A DNA stretch of 64,000 nucleotides, taken from assembly GCA_044892525.1 (NCBI GenBank), contig CM097886.1, positions 114,948,001 through 115,012,000 on the forward strand, in the 5' to 3' direction. The first letter of the stretch is position 1. The number at the start of each line of letters is the position of its first letter. Of the stretch, positions 27,101 to 41,600 are shown one piece after another. A program made the position numbers and the translations under genes. The notes under the pieces were generated by a model. That model was not told the origin of the DNA, ran no database searches, and saw nothing but the letters and a program-made list of their open reading frames with translations. This stretch comes from Schmidtea polychroa (Eukaryota).

Positions 27101-30100
27101 ACCAAGACCTGGTAGACGCCTCCTTGCGTGAAGATCTCGCCCGTTGCTTAGACCGGGATTTACTGATATTAGCACCGTGGTCGCGAGCCAAGATGCATCG
27201 AGGATGTTCTGGCCCGCGCAGGTAGGCCAGATCAAGATGACGATCTAGATATTAACGAATCATCGTGTTTATTTCGCTTCATCTAATAGAAATTTTTAGT
27301 TTCAAATTGAATGGTTTTCGATGATTGTCTTATGATGGAGTCGAATGATGTATGTACAAAATGGTGTAGCGTCTAGGAGGGCGGTAACGATAGACACGCG
27401 AAGTGTAGAGACGTATATCGCAATCAATTTTTGTTATTCTTATTTTATCCCATATAATTCAAACAAAAATGAAAATGTTGTAACCCGTCTCTATAAAGCA
27501 ATAGACCCCAAACTTATACTTTCTAAGTCCAATTTTAACGTATTTTATTATTAGTGGTAAAACGATTGATGGAAAACTTCCGTATTCAAATCGAGAACTC
27601 AAAGGACAAACCTGTGAAATGGAAAGCACCTGCTTCCGACAAGAATAAATACAGAAGCGGATAAGGTTTATAAGCCAATTTCAAAATCAAGCCTCCCAAG
27701 ACCAAATGGAGAGTCCGATAGCTAGTCACCCAAGTGAACCAGACTAATGCGGAACAGTACGCAGCTAATCAGATCCAAGCTCTGGCCCTGGTAGACTTTC
27801 CATGAGAATAATCAAAGTGAGCAAGTCACGGGACTAGTAGCCGCGACCCATCGGCCAAAGAAGCACTCTGGAAACCTAGAGTGCACCATACGTTATGGAC
27901 CATTCAAGTCGCATTTTGACAAGCCTTGACTTGCCCGACCAAATGTAATGTAAATAAGGGAATAAATAGTTCAAATATTCGTTGTTTCTGTGTAGATTAT
28001 ATTTATAAATGGACTTTCCCATCCGGCTATAGTCTAGCATAATTATATCATGAGTCGTTAGAACTAATCAAACTATATTAATTTCAGTGGAGCAGCAAGT
28101 CCAAACGCTACGTCAGTAACTGCGAAACGCCCGTATAATTGCAATAGATACAGGTATTGCGTTGAGAAAAGGATACAAACTAGTGCACCGAGTACGCAAA
28201 GTGACGGTTGAAATATTGTATAACATCCGATAGTTTAGAAAATAAAAAAGAATCCTAAAACAAAGACGGACAATTACCTTCTAACGGTGGTACGCAAACA
28301 GGCTCGAATGCTCGACGATTATAATGTACAGAGGTACGCTCCTCTTTTGAGAGTATTCACCCATCCGACACAGTTCCAACATTGATATCTCAACGGGTGT
28401 CGAATGGTATAACAAATCATTGTATTCTGGGTTGCATTGGTGACAACACGGCAGGGTAAAATGTAGTTTACCTGCAACCCAGCAGTTTGATTAAATGTAT
28501 GATGTAACTGCTCAGACATTTATATAACTAACCATCCTCAAAAAGACAGAATAATATCGCTGTCTTCAATAAATANNNNNNNNNNNNNNNNNNNNNNNNN
28601 NNNNNNNNNNNNNNNNNNNNNNNNNNNNNNNNNNNNNNNNNNNNNNNNNNNNNNNNNNNNNNNNNNNNNNNNNNNNNNNNNNNNNNNNNNNNNNNNNNNN
28701 NNNNNNNNNNNNNNNNNNNNNNNNNNNNNNNNNNNNNNNNNNNNNNNNNNNNNNNNNNNNNNNNNNNNNNNNNNNNNNNNNNNNNNNNAACTATAATATT
28801 TCTGATACTTGTTATACTAATGACAATATTCTTTACTCAACTATAGATCCCAAAGAGTCTAATTACAAGTGAAGAGCAAACCAGAATGATTGAAATCTGC
28901 ATATAGATTAGAGCGTCAATGTTTATATTTTTAATCTCAAATTATCGAAATTAATTAGAAATAAAAAAGCAGTGAAATATCATAAACGGTTAAATCTGCG
29001 GCTAATTTCGTGACGATTGTGATAAAAATATTTTTATATTTCCAAAAATCTACTAACAAATTCCAAATTCCAGAGTTATGAGCCTTCATCGGTTTTGGAG
29101 ACTCTTTAAATTCTGGAAACTGTTTTTTCACTCGACACATTTCCTTGTATACGACAGCATCCTGCAACTCCATTAGTTTCTCTTTGTAGTGATTCTTTTC
29201 TTCCAACAGAATTGCCATTTCTGACCGAGAAAATGTTTTCTGCTGAAACAAGCAATTTAGATTTCAATCAACTCTTGAAATATTTATTAAATCTAAAGCT
29301 TTTTACTTGATCAGATACACAAATCAACTATACTAGTTGATACAGGCTGTGAATGAAGTCACTAACATATTTTAACATTCAGATTTTCAGTGGGGTGCAA
29401 AAGTTATACAAACATTAAAAATTACTATTGGGTCTTAATACATATTATATTGCCCCTATTTTTGTTCATTGGTTCTCAAATGAAGTTACCTAGATAGAAA
29501 ATTTTCCACGAAAAGAGAACCAACTTTCTTTTAAGGCAAATAGTAGGATTTTAGGATCATTCAACTAAAAACAATTCGACTAAAACTCAATTCGATTAAA
29601 ACAATTCAACGTTTGTAGGTGAACCTATCATCATTGTAAAAAGTATAATAAAATAAAATAAAAAGTAAAAAATTAAAATGATTAAAAAATATATTGCAAT
29701 TTAAAATTTTCATTTCTATCCAATTGTTTTAGATCAGGAGTTCCGAACCTGGGGGTAATTACACGCTGGGGGGGGGGGTAAACACGCTATTCTTCAGGGG
29801 TAACAGAGAACAATTTGTTAACCGAAGGCTGAATCCTGAGTCACGGCGCATCACGCATGCGGAATCCGTCGCGCTCGAAACAAATACTCGACATGTATAA
29901 ACCTGTCCGAACTGAGAGCGGGCAGTTTGAGATTCAAACAAGTTGTATACGTTCGCTTTCCAGTCTTGAAGTAATTACATATATTATTTACGTTTTTGAA
30001 GGTAAGTAGTAACAAATAATGATAATTAATTATAAGTAGTTTTTGTTTCTCAATATTCTTAAAAGTAAAATGTTTTTTTTTTATTTTTTCCTTATATATT

Positions 30101-33100
30101 TTTATAATTAATAAGCATTAGAATTCGCTTGCATTGAGTGTTTTTATAACATTTTAAAATTGGGGTAAAATTTGATTTCCTAACAGGTTACAGGGGTAGC
30201 AGTATTATAAAGGTTAGGTTTTAGATGAATTGTTTTAGATGAATTGAGTTTTAGTCAAATTGTTGTTAGTTGAATTAATTTAGTTAAAATAGTAGGTAAA
30301 TAGGGTTTTGTTTTTCTAATGACTAACTGATTAAAATTAAGTTTTTAATGTCATCTTCAATGCGTTTTCTAATGACAGAATAGTTTTCAGCTTGTTTGGG
30401 TTTCATCAATTCCACGTAAGAAACTGAATCTTGAGTTTATTTTAATTAGTAAATTATCGGAAAATCAAAATCATTTTATTTTATTGAATTACTTAATCCA
30501 ATTTTACGCCAATAATAATTTATTAAAAGTGTAATTCTAACTTCATTCAATGAAGAGTTTTCTGATGCCTCGGATTCAATTAATTTTTCTTTGCATGTTT
30601 TCAGTTCCTGCTCTAAATGGACCAATTTCCCTTTGAGATCAGCTTCTCGATTAGAATGCCGCCGAAGTTCTTCACGAAGCATATCGTTTTCACTTAAGCG
30701 TTAATAACTATTAATTAAAAGAAAAACATATTGAATTTTGTATTATTTATAGGTCATTTTTATGTAGAAACAGTAAACTATTGAATGTTTTATTTGTTCA
30801 CGCCATCTGGATCCAGTCTATTCATGCGCGATAGTCATCTGCTATTTTTCATTTTGTTAGACACGTTGCATACAAACATTATGTGACTTTTGTCCATTGT
30901 TCATTTTGATCTCCAAATTTAAAGAAAGACAAGGAAATACAAAAGTATAGAAATTAAAGATTTTAGAGCATATTAATAATCATGAATGAGATGTGATTGT
31001 ATCTTTGGAGAAGACAGTGCCATAAGAATATTGTTCAAGAAAGATGCAATAGTGAACTGTTCAAATGGAAGTATTGAAAGTATAGTCAAACGAAGCAATT
31101 TTTTGGTCACGAGCAAAGAGTGAAATATTTCTTCCTCTATTTAACGAAAACTTCCCTTTAACAAATGATTTTTCCTGTAACAACCGATAATTTTAGTGTG
31201 TGTGTGCGTGGTTTCACGTTATTTGAATTAATTTGAGAGCCAAAGGTTTGATAATTCTTTTGTAATCTCATATGTTTTATGGATGTTTTATGTTGTCAAG
31301 TCTGAGTANNNNNNNNNNNNNNNNNNNNNNNNNNNNNNNNNNNNNNNNNNNNNNNNNNNNNNNNNNNNNNNNNNNNNNNNNNNNNNNNNNNNNNNNNNNN
31401 NNNNNNNNNNNNNNNNNNNNNNNNNNNNNNNNNNNNNNNNNNNNNNNNNNNNNNNNNNNNNNNNNNNNNNNNNNNNNNNNNNNNNNNNNNNNNNNNNNNN
31501 NNNNNNNNNNNNNCAATTAGTCTCAGCTGCATTTTTCGATCATTTCTATATAGACTTTGGAAGACAAGATTATCATCCTTGTGAATGTAGATAATGCTAA
31601 GAAAAGAAAAGTTGACATTGCTTCAGAATATGAAATATATTAGTAAGTATATATATATTATATCACAACGAGAAAAGTTACAGGTGCAATGGTGAATTAG
31701 ACAATATTAAAAAGGTAATTAGCGATAACTTGGAAAGAGCTCTCATTTTATGGTTTAGTCAGTAGCGTTCTAAAAATATTCCAGTGAATGGATCACTTGT
31801 CACATCCTAAACTAAGCAAAATTCTTGGTATAAAAAAATTCCAAAGTATATTTTAAGTCACATTGAAAATACATTGTGGAATCGACGATTTAGTTATGGA
31901 CAAAAAATGTCAACTTTCAAATGATATATATCTATGTTATTTGTCCAGGAAATGCAAATCCTAATAAAATTGAACATTCGTCGAATATAAGATGTCAAAT
32001 CTGAAAACCCTAACAAGAAAGAAACAAACCAAATATGACAAAAGGATCCACCTTCCACATACTCTCAACACAATATAACAAAAATCAAACTCCAAATTAA
32101 TGTTAACCTAATAAATTTAGATTTTTCAAGTGTGAATAAATTTTTAAAAAATTTAATACAAACCAAATGAAAATCATTTGAAATAAAATATATTAATTAC
32201 AATTTAATCACCAAATGGATTGATATCAAAGGTCGTAAACATCAAATTGTGGTCATATATTTGTGATGTTTAAAACAAATCAGATCAGAAATCGATAAAA
32301 TTGTGCACAAATTATCAACAGGAATAAAAATAAAAAAGCATTGGACCTTTAAATGTTTAAAAGATTAAAAAACTCATAATAATATAAGTAGAGATGTGTG
32401 TACTCCAGAACAAAGAAATATTACGAAAAAAAATACATATTACATAATTATTTTCCGAGCCCCCACCACCGTTAATTAATTTTTTTTAAATAGTGATTAC
32501 GCAATGTAAAGATTTTAAATGTTGTTTTAATCATTATGTACGATAAAAAATATTTTTTATTTAAATCGTTGATGACGCAATTCAGAATATTTATTCTATT
32601 GTTTTCATCGACGATGCAATTCTATTTGCTTTGTTTTAATCGTTGATTACATCATCAATTTTAAATCTTTATAAGAACTTTGAAGACTTTAAAGCTTGAA
32701 ATTAAATTGTCTATTTAAATTATGACCTAATCAAAATTTTGAAATTTAATTTTCAATACACCATTTTTGAATTTACATATACACAGTAGCCCCTCGATTA
32801 TCCGGATTGTTAAAAATAAAAACACAAATTTTACGAATTTGCTGCTTTAGCGAATTGAAACTACTTTCAAATGTTTACGTACTTGGTAGATTGCATAATA
32901 TTGTTTGTGTAACACAACGCGTGTGTTACAACAAGATCAAGTTCTCTTTAGAAACTTAAGCTGAGATATGAGTCAGTACTCATCCAAATTCAATACTCGA
33001 CAGTTATTTCTTGAAAATTTGATGACACTTTAAATATTTTTTTTAATATTCTCAATATGGAAAAGGAAACGAAAAGAAAATGTGTTGTAGTATCATTAAA

Positions 33101-35650
33101 AGACAAATTAGACATAAAAATATTAGAAGTCTTCCGGTTGAATATGATCATCAGAAAAAAGCCTGGATGAATGGTGAAATTTTTAAACAATGGTATGAAA
33201 AACAGTTCATTCCAGAGTGAAAAAATATCAAAACTTTATAGATAAAAGGGGAAAACATTATTATTACTACATAATGCACTGTCCCACTCATCTATAGAAT
33301 GTTTGAATCAGATCGATGAAATGTTTACGGTAAAATTTCTTCGACCGAATGCCACGTCTGTAATACAACTGATTGATCAGGGTGTAATAGAAACATTCAA
33401 ACGCTTGTATAGAAAACAGATGCTTCGACGATTATTGCTAGCAGACGAAAACAATGAAGAAACAGTTATCCGTTTTCATAAGAAAATAAATTTAAAAGAC
33501 TGTTGCTACATAACAGTAAAAAATCGGAATTCTTTAGAAGTGTCAAAGGTAAATTGACAATATTTATTGAAAAATTACATAAAATATTAAAATACCACAA
33601 CGTTATAAATATTTATATTGAGAAATAAGTAATAATTTATTTATTTACTTTTATAAAATTACATTGATTTAGAAAATCATACTAAACGAGTTTTGGAGAA
33701 AGCTCGTCAAGTCAAAGAAGAACAAATTCAAAAAATCGATGGATGAAGTGTGCTGATTAAGAATATTGCTAAATCATGCATATGCCTCAATTGATCGATA
33801 TCATTAAAATAGGCAACGAATTCTCAACCAAATCAAAGAATTGCGTGTCAAAAACTCCAATTTAAGAATTGAGAGCCTACTTTTATTTTTCACTATTTTA
33901 AAATACCTCAACGTAATAAATGTTAATATATATATATCCATCTTTCTTGTATTTCATTTATTTAAATGATGAATAATAACAACACAAACATCAATGCTGC
34001 TGCGGATGAGGATAAAAAGAAGCCTATTTCAAGAAGATTACTAAATGATAGTTAATTGAAATGTTTTTAAAAATTTCGTTTCAACACGAATGGGATGCGG
34101 GGTCTGGGAAGATTATTATGTAATATGTCCGTTCTACTTTATACTGGCGCGTTTTTTATAAGGGTTTTGACTTAATTTGATGGAATAAACGATATGACCT
34201 GTTTTGTTACTTATCCTACACACGTGTTTCTTAGTGAAATATTGTTAAATAATATGTATAGCTTATGAAATTGTTAATTTATTTGATGTCCTTTTACAGG
34301 AAAAAAAAATTATCCACACATTATTTGAGTGAAAATATTTCAAGTGTTTCAATACTATGTATAAATTCTAAAATTGCGTATTGAAAATGAAATTTCAAAA
34401 TTTAAATTACATCATTGATTCATTAAATAGAGAATTTAATTTCAAACATTAGTCTTCAAAGTTCTCATAAAGAATTAAAATTTATGATGGATTCTGTGAT
34501 TAAAACAAAAGATTAAAGTTGAATAATCATCGATCAAAACAATAAAATAATCACTATTTAAAACAACATTTTAAAAAATTAGGGCGGGGAAGGGTGTCTC
34601 TAAAAATGACTACGTAACGTAATACAATATTCCTTTGTTGTGGAGTGCACACATCTGTCTACTAATATGCTCTTTTATTATAGATGGTTAATTCTTCATT
34701 CTTTCCTTTTGAATAGTGGATTTGGAATCGAAATCATTGAATTAGTGAAGTAAATAAAAATTGACAAAAAGAATAAAAAATTCACTCTCACCAGAACAAA
34801 ACTATTTATTAATATTCATTAACCTTTATCTTCATTTCACTTTAAGATTATCGATCAACATTTTCCTATTTCCGTTTCCAACTGGCTAGAATATATTCAA
34901 TATGAAATGCCTATCAACGGATATTCATGAGTAATATCAGATTTATTTCCTTTCTCTAGTCAGAACCAGTTTATGTTAATGTTGACTAATTTTGCGCTAT
35001 TCTCATAATTATGTGTATTTATTGTTTCTAAATAATGAATAATTTTGATTCTATTTATTTGAATTAATTGAAATATATTTTTAAAGAACAGTATTGTTGA
35101 GAATTTTATAGGGCCCCGAAAATTGACAACATGTTTTTTTTAATTAATTCCTGATATAGATAAGTCATAGGCTTGACATAAAGCTGAACCGATCTCCTGA
35201 TACATTTAAGAAAGTAAGCAATCCTGAATAAAAAATTAATTTTCAAAGCATAAAGACCAGTAAGGCCAGATTATAAATGTTATAACATCGCAAACTAAAT
35301 AGATAAAGTCATAGAATAAAATATTATCATTACGTATGACGAGCTATGTAATACCAATGCTGTTCTAATAGTAATTTGATCTAAACAAAACAAAATAGTG
35401 AAAAAAAGAGAAATAGTACATTTTTTCCGTACTTGAAAAATATTAATTTGCACGAAATTTCTCAATCGATATTACGCTTTTGGGCACATTTTAGGATCAA
35501 TTAAAAGCAATTATAATCAAAAAATTGAAATATAAATATTCCTGTTAACTAAAAACGTCATACTTGGTCATTATGTCCAATCGGTTTATCAGATCATCTT
35601 TGACTATATTCAAGGCATTCCTAATATAAAACTATTAATTAAAAAATAAA

Positions 35651-35698
<48 letters not shown>

Positions 35699-38600
35699 CA
35701 ACTATATGATAAGATAAGCTCTTTGCTGCAAAGTATGTATTAAATCAGGGGTTCTTAAACTTTTTCAAAACCCGCACCCCTTTGAATTTTATAAAGGGTT
35801 TTAGCACCTCTACATTTGTTGGTGGATTCCACGTTTAAATGAAACGCCATATCAAAAATTTATATGAATTTTAAGTTTAATATGACGAATTGCAACAATT
35901 TGAAATTTGAAAAATATTTTATAATAGCAATTAATTTACATACAAATTCACGATTCAAGACATCTGGTGTCGAAAATGGAACTTGTCAGATGAAGGGATC
36001 TGTGCTGCTGTCGGCATACAAGTAGCACAGCACTTAGACAACTATCACAACGTTAGTAAATGATTTCGAAATAGTGCGGTAAACTAAAATCACAATACCT
36101 ACTTCAATTTGATTGTTTCGCCCCACGCCCCCATAAATATTATCCCGCACCATTAGTGGTGCATGCACCCCTGGTTAAGAACCCCTGTATTAAATTAAAG
36201 ATATTTTCGATTATTAGATAATCCTTTTCAATTGCTCGGAATGATGGTGTTTTAATTTTCAAATGCTTTTATATTTTCCTTTTACATTCATTTTCTGCCT
36301 TTTTATTGGTTTAAAAATTTGAATAAATGAAATGAATAAAATTAACAATTTTTTTTAAAAATTTACACTCAATATTAAATAAAATAAAAATTCTAAATTA
36401 CTGCAGGTTTATAAAGAGTTTTTGCTTTTTATCAAAAAATTATAACTTTTTAAATATAATTTAAAAGATAAATATAATTATATTGCAATTTTTACTCCTA
36501 AAAGTTCTTAAATTTTCTATTTACTTTCTATTAAATTTAATCTAATTATAATTATTTATATTTTAAAAATTAAAAACTATTTTAAAAGCATATTTGAAAA
36601 ACCGAAAATTTTGTCAACGATATAAGAATGAAAAGAATACATTATCACTAAAATGAAATATTTAAAATTTATTCAAAAATGCTAATTAATTAAATAAATG
36701 CATAAAATATCTCCTGACTTTGTTGCCACGAGGTCCTGATTTTCACGAATTATACAGTCTATCTCTCGGCCGATACCTGCAACATTAACGTTAAATAAAA
36801 TGTAATTATTTTATTAATTTAACACAGTTGTTGTTGCCCTTAGAAAAGTATAGCCCTTCCTCGATTCATGGAACGATTCGTTCCCGAAAAGTTGTACGTA
36901 AATAATTTAATTATAATTATTATTATCATGAATTATAATACAAAATGACTTCAATGAAGGTGTTGGGTATGTCTGTGGAATTAAGTATTACCAATTATTG
37001 ATCTATTAATAACAATGACAAGTTCTCGATATTATCAACATTTATTTTCTATCACAATTACAATCGATTTGATTTTTTCTAATAAAATTACACAAAAGAT
37101 TCACCACTCAAAACTCAGGACTTCTCACCACACATATTGATTAACAGTCCAAATTGAGGATTGCTAAACTGCTTCTTCAGATGAACTTCCTCGATATTTT
37201 TATATAAATCGGTTGATTACTTTAATTTCTGTTGCCTTTTATTAATCCATGTTATACTGTTTGTACACTTCTAAAAAGTTATCCAAATGTTTCGTCTATT
37301 TTTCTTCTGTTTTCTCCACTTGTGTCTCCCTTTTCTAGGTTATTATTTGATGGTATGTAGAGATAATTATAGTGTTGTTTCGTTTTCTTTTTTTACAATC
37401 TCCGCCATTTCTACTCATTCCTGTTATTTCAGGCAGCTGTCAAGATATGCAATTTTGTTTGCTTTATTGGTTTTTTTATTCTCGCGATTTCTCCGGTGAT
37501 ATATTCGTTATCTCGGCCAAACTTTTCGAGATACAGCAATTTCATTTTAATTTTGCTGTTTGTTTTTCGTTTTTAAAATGCACCTAATAATTGAGAACGA
37601 CCTTTTCGTATTTTATTGTTTAATTTTATTGACTATGTTTTTTCCCTCTCATTTTAAATTTAAGCATTCATTGCGGTCCAATCATGGCGTTATAATTAAT
37701 TGAAACCATTCAAAACCGTGATTATCAACAAGGACGCCAAAATTATATTAAATGAGGTGCCATTAGCTACGTAGCATAATATACGATTATTATTTTTCTG
37801 CATTTATAAACTCGACTGTAATACAATGTCACTTTGTTGAACTTCCACCATTATTTTGGTTATACTCTTATAAATAACATCCTTACAACATACCTTTTTA
37901 TATACATAGTGCTATATTTTTGTCGTTTCCGCACATTTAAAATGCTATTTTTTGCAATATTATTGTTAAAAAGAGAGCTTGAAGACTATAAATCAGTAAT
38001 ATATCTGTTGGGTTTTTGTGCAAGTCGGTATCACGGTCTGACTCCTTTGTGTTCTTTATCAAAATCAAGATAACCCAACACAATAATTTTATTCAATACT
38101 AATACAAGTACACTTGTTGATTACACTCTTTATTGAACAATTTCAATCTTTAATAACTCTGATCTACACTTTTCAATAATACAATAAATCTCACGTAGGG
38201 ATAATCTTCCAACGGGAGATGTCCCTTTCTGGTACGTTCGATTTCTAAATATCTTATTATCACAACTGCTAAATCCTTTTACTCACTCGTTTAATCCTAC
38301 TAACTTTTCTTCGACCAACTGGCATTTTGTTTTCTTGCCAGTTGCTTTTATACTCGTTTGGTAATTGACTTTATTTTTGCCAATTATTTTTGGTCTTATT
38401 TCCCCCCGGGCTTCCTCTTGGAGGTCTAATTCAATTGAAGGGAATTGGCTCATTTTCTTTGACGGCGCTTATTACTTTTTATCCGGCTAAATTAATTGCC
38501 TTCCCAAAATTGGATTTATCAATTCGCTCGGGTTTTCCATTGTATCGGGTTTCCCATTAGCTCGGGTTTTCCATTAGTTAATTAATTTTTGTTTTTTGTA

Positions 38601-41600
38601 ATTTATTCCTTTTAGGGACCCCCCATTTATTTTATTTTATTATAGCTGAACTCGTCTCGTTATTTAGCATCCGCCCATACCAGTTTCCTCCAGAAAATAT
38701 TCATTTTTTAAAATTTTTGATTTTTAATTAATATTTTGTACTTTAAATTTTTATTTTGAATTTGGTGTTTTTGTCAATTTTCACCTCATTTTTGTGCCTC
38801 TCTTGTTGAACCCCAACATATCGATGTTTTTGATACTCACGAATTTATTATGATTCAATGGAAAAAAAATCAGTGGTGAAATCGGAAAAAATGTTCTTAT
38901 AATTCTTATAATATTATTTTATTTTTAAGTTAGATGATTAAGAACAGTCCTCGGAGTTAATTTGTAATTTTAATCATTATCATGGTAAATATTTTATTCT
39001 TTTATTAAGCAAGAGGAGTGTATACTTTGTCTATCCATTTCATATCAATTCAGCAGTCTTACAATATTAAATTAACAAGTTGACGACAATGCGAATTTTT
39101 TTTCATTTCTGCTTTGTGGAACGAAAGCTTTATTTAGTTTTTAAAATGTAACACGAAATAATAAACAAAATTTTGTTAAAATAGAATAGTTTTTCGGACC
39201 ATCATTTGTAGGAGGTACTCAGGGTTTCAAAAAGGTTAATAATCATATAAAAAACCCATAAAAAGTCAAAAAGTCATATGTGACTCACATTGTCGTTAAT
39301 GTATCACAGAATGATTAAAGGTATTTATTTTATCTATATACCCTTTGACAAAAGTTCTTGACCCCTGAAGAAAAACACGAAATTTATTAAGAGTAATAAA
39401 TGCATAAAGTATTATATCAGTTAGTCAAGCTGTCTCAGATGTCTTGAAAGTGCTTAAAAGTATAGAACATCAATTTCGAATGTGGATATCATCAAACCAA
39501 TTCCCCAAATAAGACTGTTTTTCATAAACATAATTAATATGTGGAATTTGGAAAGTTCAGTTTATCGTTTGGCCAATCTTTTCAATCCGCTTATTCAGTG
39601 GTTTCCAGCCTCTCTTTATTCAATTTTTAATGGTCGCGACTCCTCGACTCTTATTTTTTTAAATATTTAAAATTAAACACGTTTTAAGCTTTAAGTACAG
39701 AAAAGGCAATACATAAAATTGAAATCTACAATTAACAAAATGAAAAAAAAAGGTTTTGCTCTAACATATAAAAGCTTATATTAGGTTAAGGTTTTCAAAT
39801 GTTACGTGCCTCACAGATTGGAAGCCACTGCACTAATCTGATGTACAAACGAAACGATTTGATGTCGAAGTAAAACTGAATCTAGCATATTTCCTAAGTC
39901 TTTAGTATTCTGTCTTCCAACAACTGACTGTAATGCGAGTCCAGTTGAAGAATATGTGGTTTCATATGCCATCATTGTACTCAGGGCCCAGAAGAGGGGG
40001 GGGGGGGGGTCAGGAGGGACATTTGACATGGGCCTCTTAATTTTAATGAATCCACAATTGTTAGGTGCTGAGTATAAATCGAAGGGCTAATGACGATGTT
40101 AATTATTTATTTATAATTATTTCATTTAAACAAATAATGTCTTTAATGATTTAAACAAAAATACTAACCGAATTCATCATCAGTCACATCTGTGTCACTG
40201 TCGACAATGTCTAGATCAACGAAATATATTTGATATCTTCATAGAATCAGTGAACAAAAGTTACTTGTCTCAATTGAATGATCTTGATTCGTCCTTTGAC
40301 TGAGATCCTGGGGATCTATGAAATAGCTGGAGCAAATAGAAAGAAAGATTTCAATATCCATCTTGTTGTTCATTATAATATAGCTTACCTGCAATCGAAT
40401 TGTGGTGGGTTTTTTAGGTTATTAGAATGGACATGATTGCAATCGTTTACCCCGTCACAACAATCCGTCATCCAATGATCATTGGACAGAATATCTGCTA
40501 CCGTTTCTCCTTGATGCGACATGGAATCTGGACTGCCAGATTTTTCTAGGCAAAACCGATTATGAACAGCTCAGAAGGAATTCCAAAATGAAAATTAAAT
40601 TTGGAAACACGGGCTAAGGTCAGAGATAGAAAGGAGAAATAAATACAAAAATCTGATGGAAACATGGTAAGGAAGATTTTTAAAATCAAATTAATAATAA
40701 TAACTTATTTGTCAGAAAATTTTTCAAAAACCAATTTGTGAAAAGAACAAGAAATCTCATTGCTACATTTGTGATATTGCAATATTGAGTGCAGAAAAAT
40801 TGATTGAAAAACCACGCAAAACATGAAAAATGTGCTAAATCATTCATAGTGTGCTAAATCCAGGTTACCAATTCAAATGGTTTTTTCAATGGGGGGGGGG
40901 GGTTTACTGGAAAGAGTTCAAACAAAAAGACAAATTTATCGATCGATAATCTCGAAATTGGTTTGTAATTAATTAACCCCCCCCCTCTCTCTCTATCTCT
41001 CTCGGACTGATACAGATAAACCTGTCGACGTACACTGTATATTACATTCTGTATTTATTATTTGACTTTGAAATCAGTATTTATAAGCAGTATTTTTATT
41101 AGAAAATTAATGCAGCGATCGATTATTTTCAAAAATTATTTAAATTTAAAAATTAAAAATTTATTAAATTTTATCTATACGCAGATAACAGTGAAAATAA
41201 AGCAACCTTGCATAAATTGGAAATTATATTTGAATTTTCGAATTAAGAAAAGATTAAAAATCATCCATACTTTTATTTAATGCCATTTCATAACTCGAAT
41301 AAAAAAATTTGGTACTTCCGTGTTATTTTACCCCCAAAAATTAAATTATAAAATACAATTAAAATAACAATATAAAAAATGAGAGAATACATTATTGATG
41401 ACGTTATTGAACATTATTGAACATGAATTTATTAAGGCTATCTGTGATTTATGTGATTATGTGAGTTTATGTGGCGAAAACGTGTTCTAAGCAACAGTGC
41501 CGATGTGTTCGACACTATTCTCAACGACATTGTGGTTTTCTGGCCACCTGGATGACCATTTACAAACTCTTTACAAACATTTGCTGAGTTTGTAACTGTG

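Noticed and set aside
31272-31594. ORFs of 78-103 aa, and the 90-aa ORF at 42071-42343
   Set aside because: They are open only because they run through N gaps.
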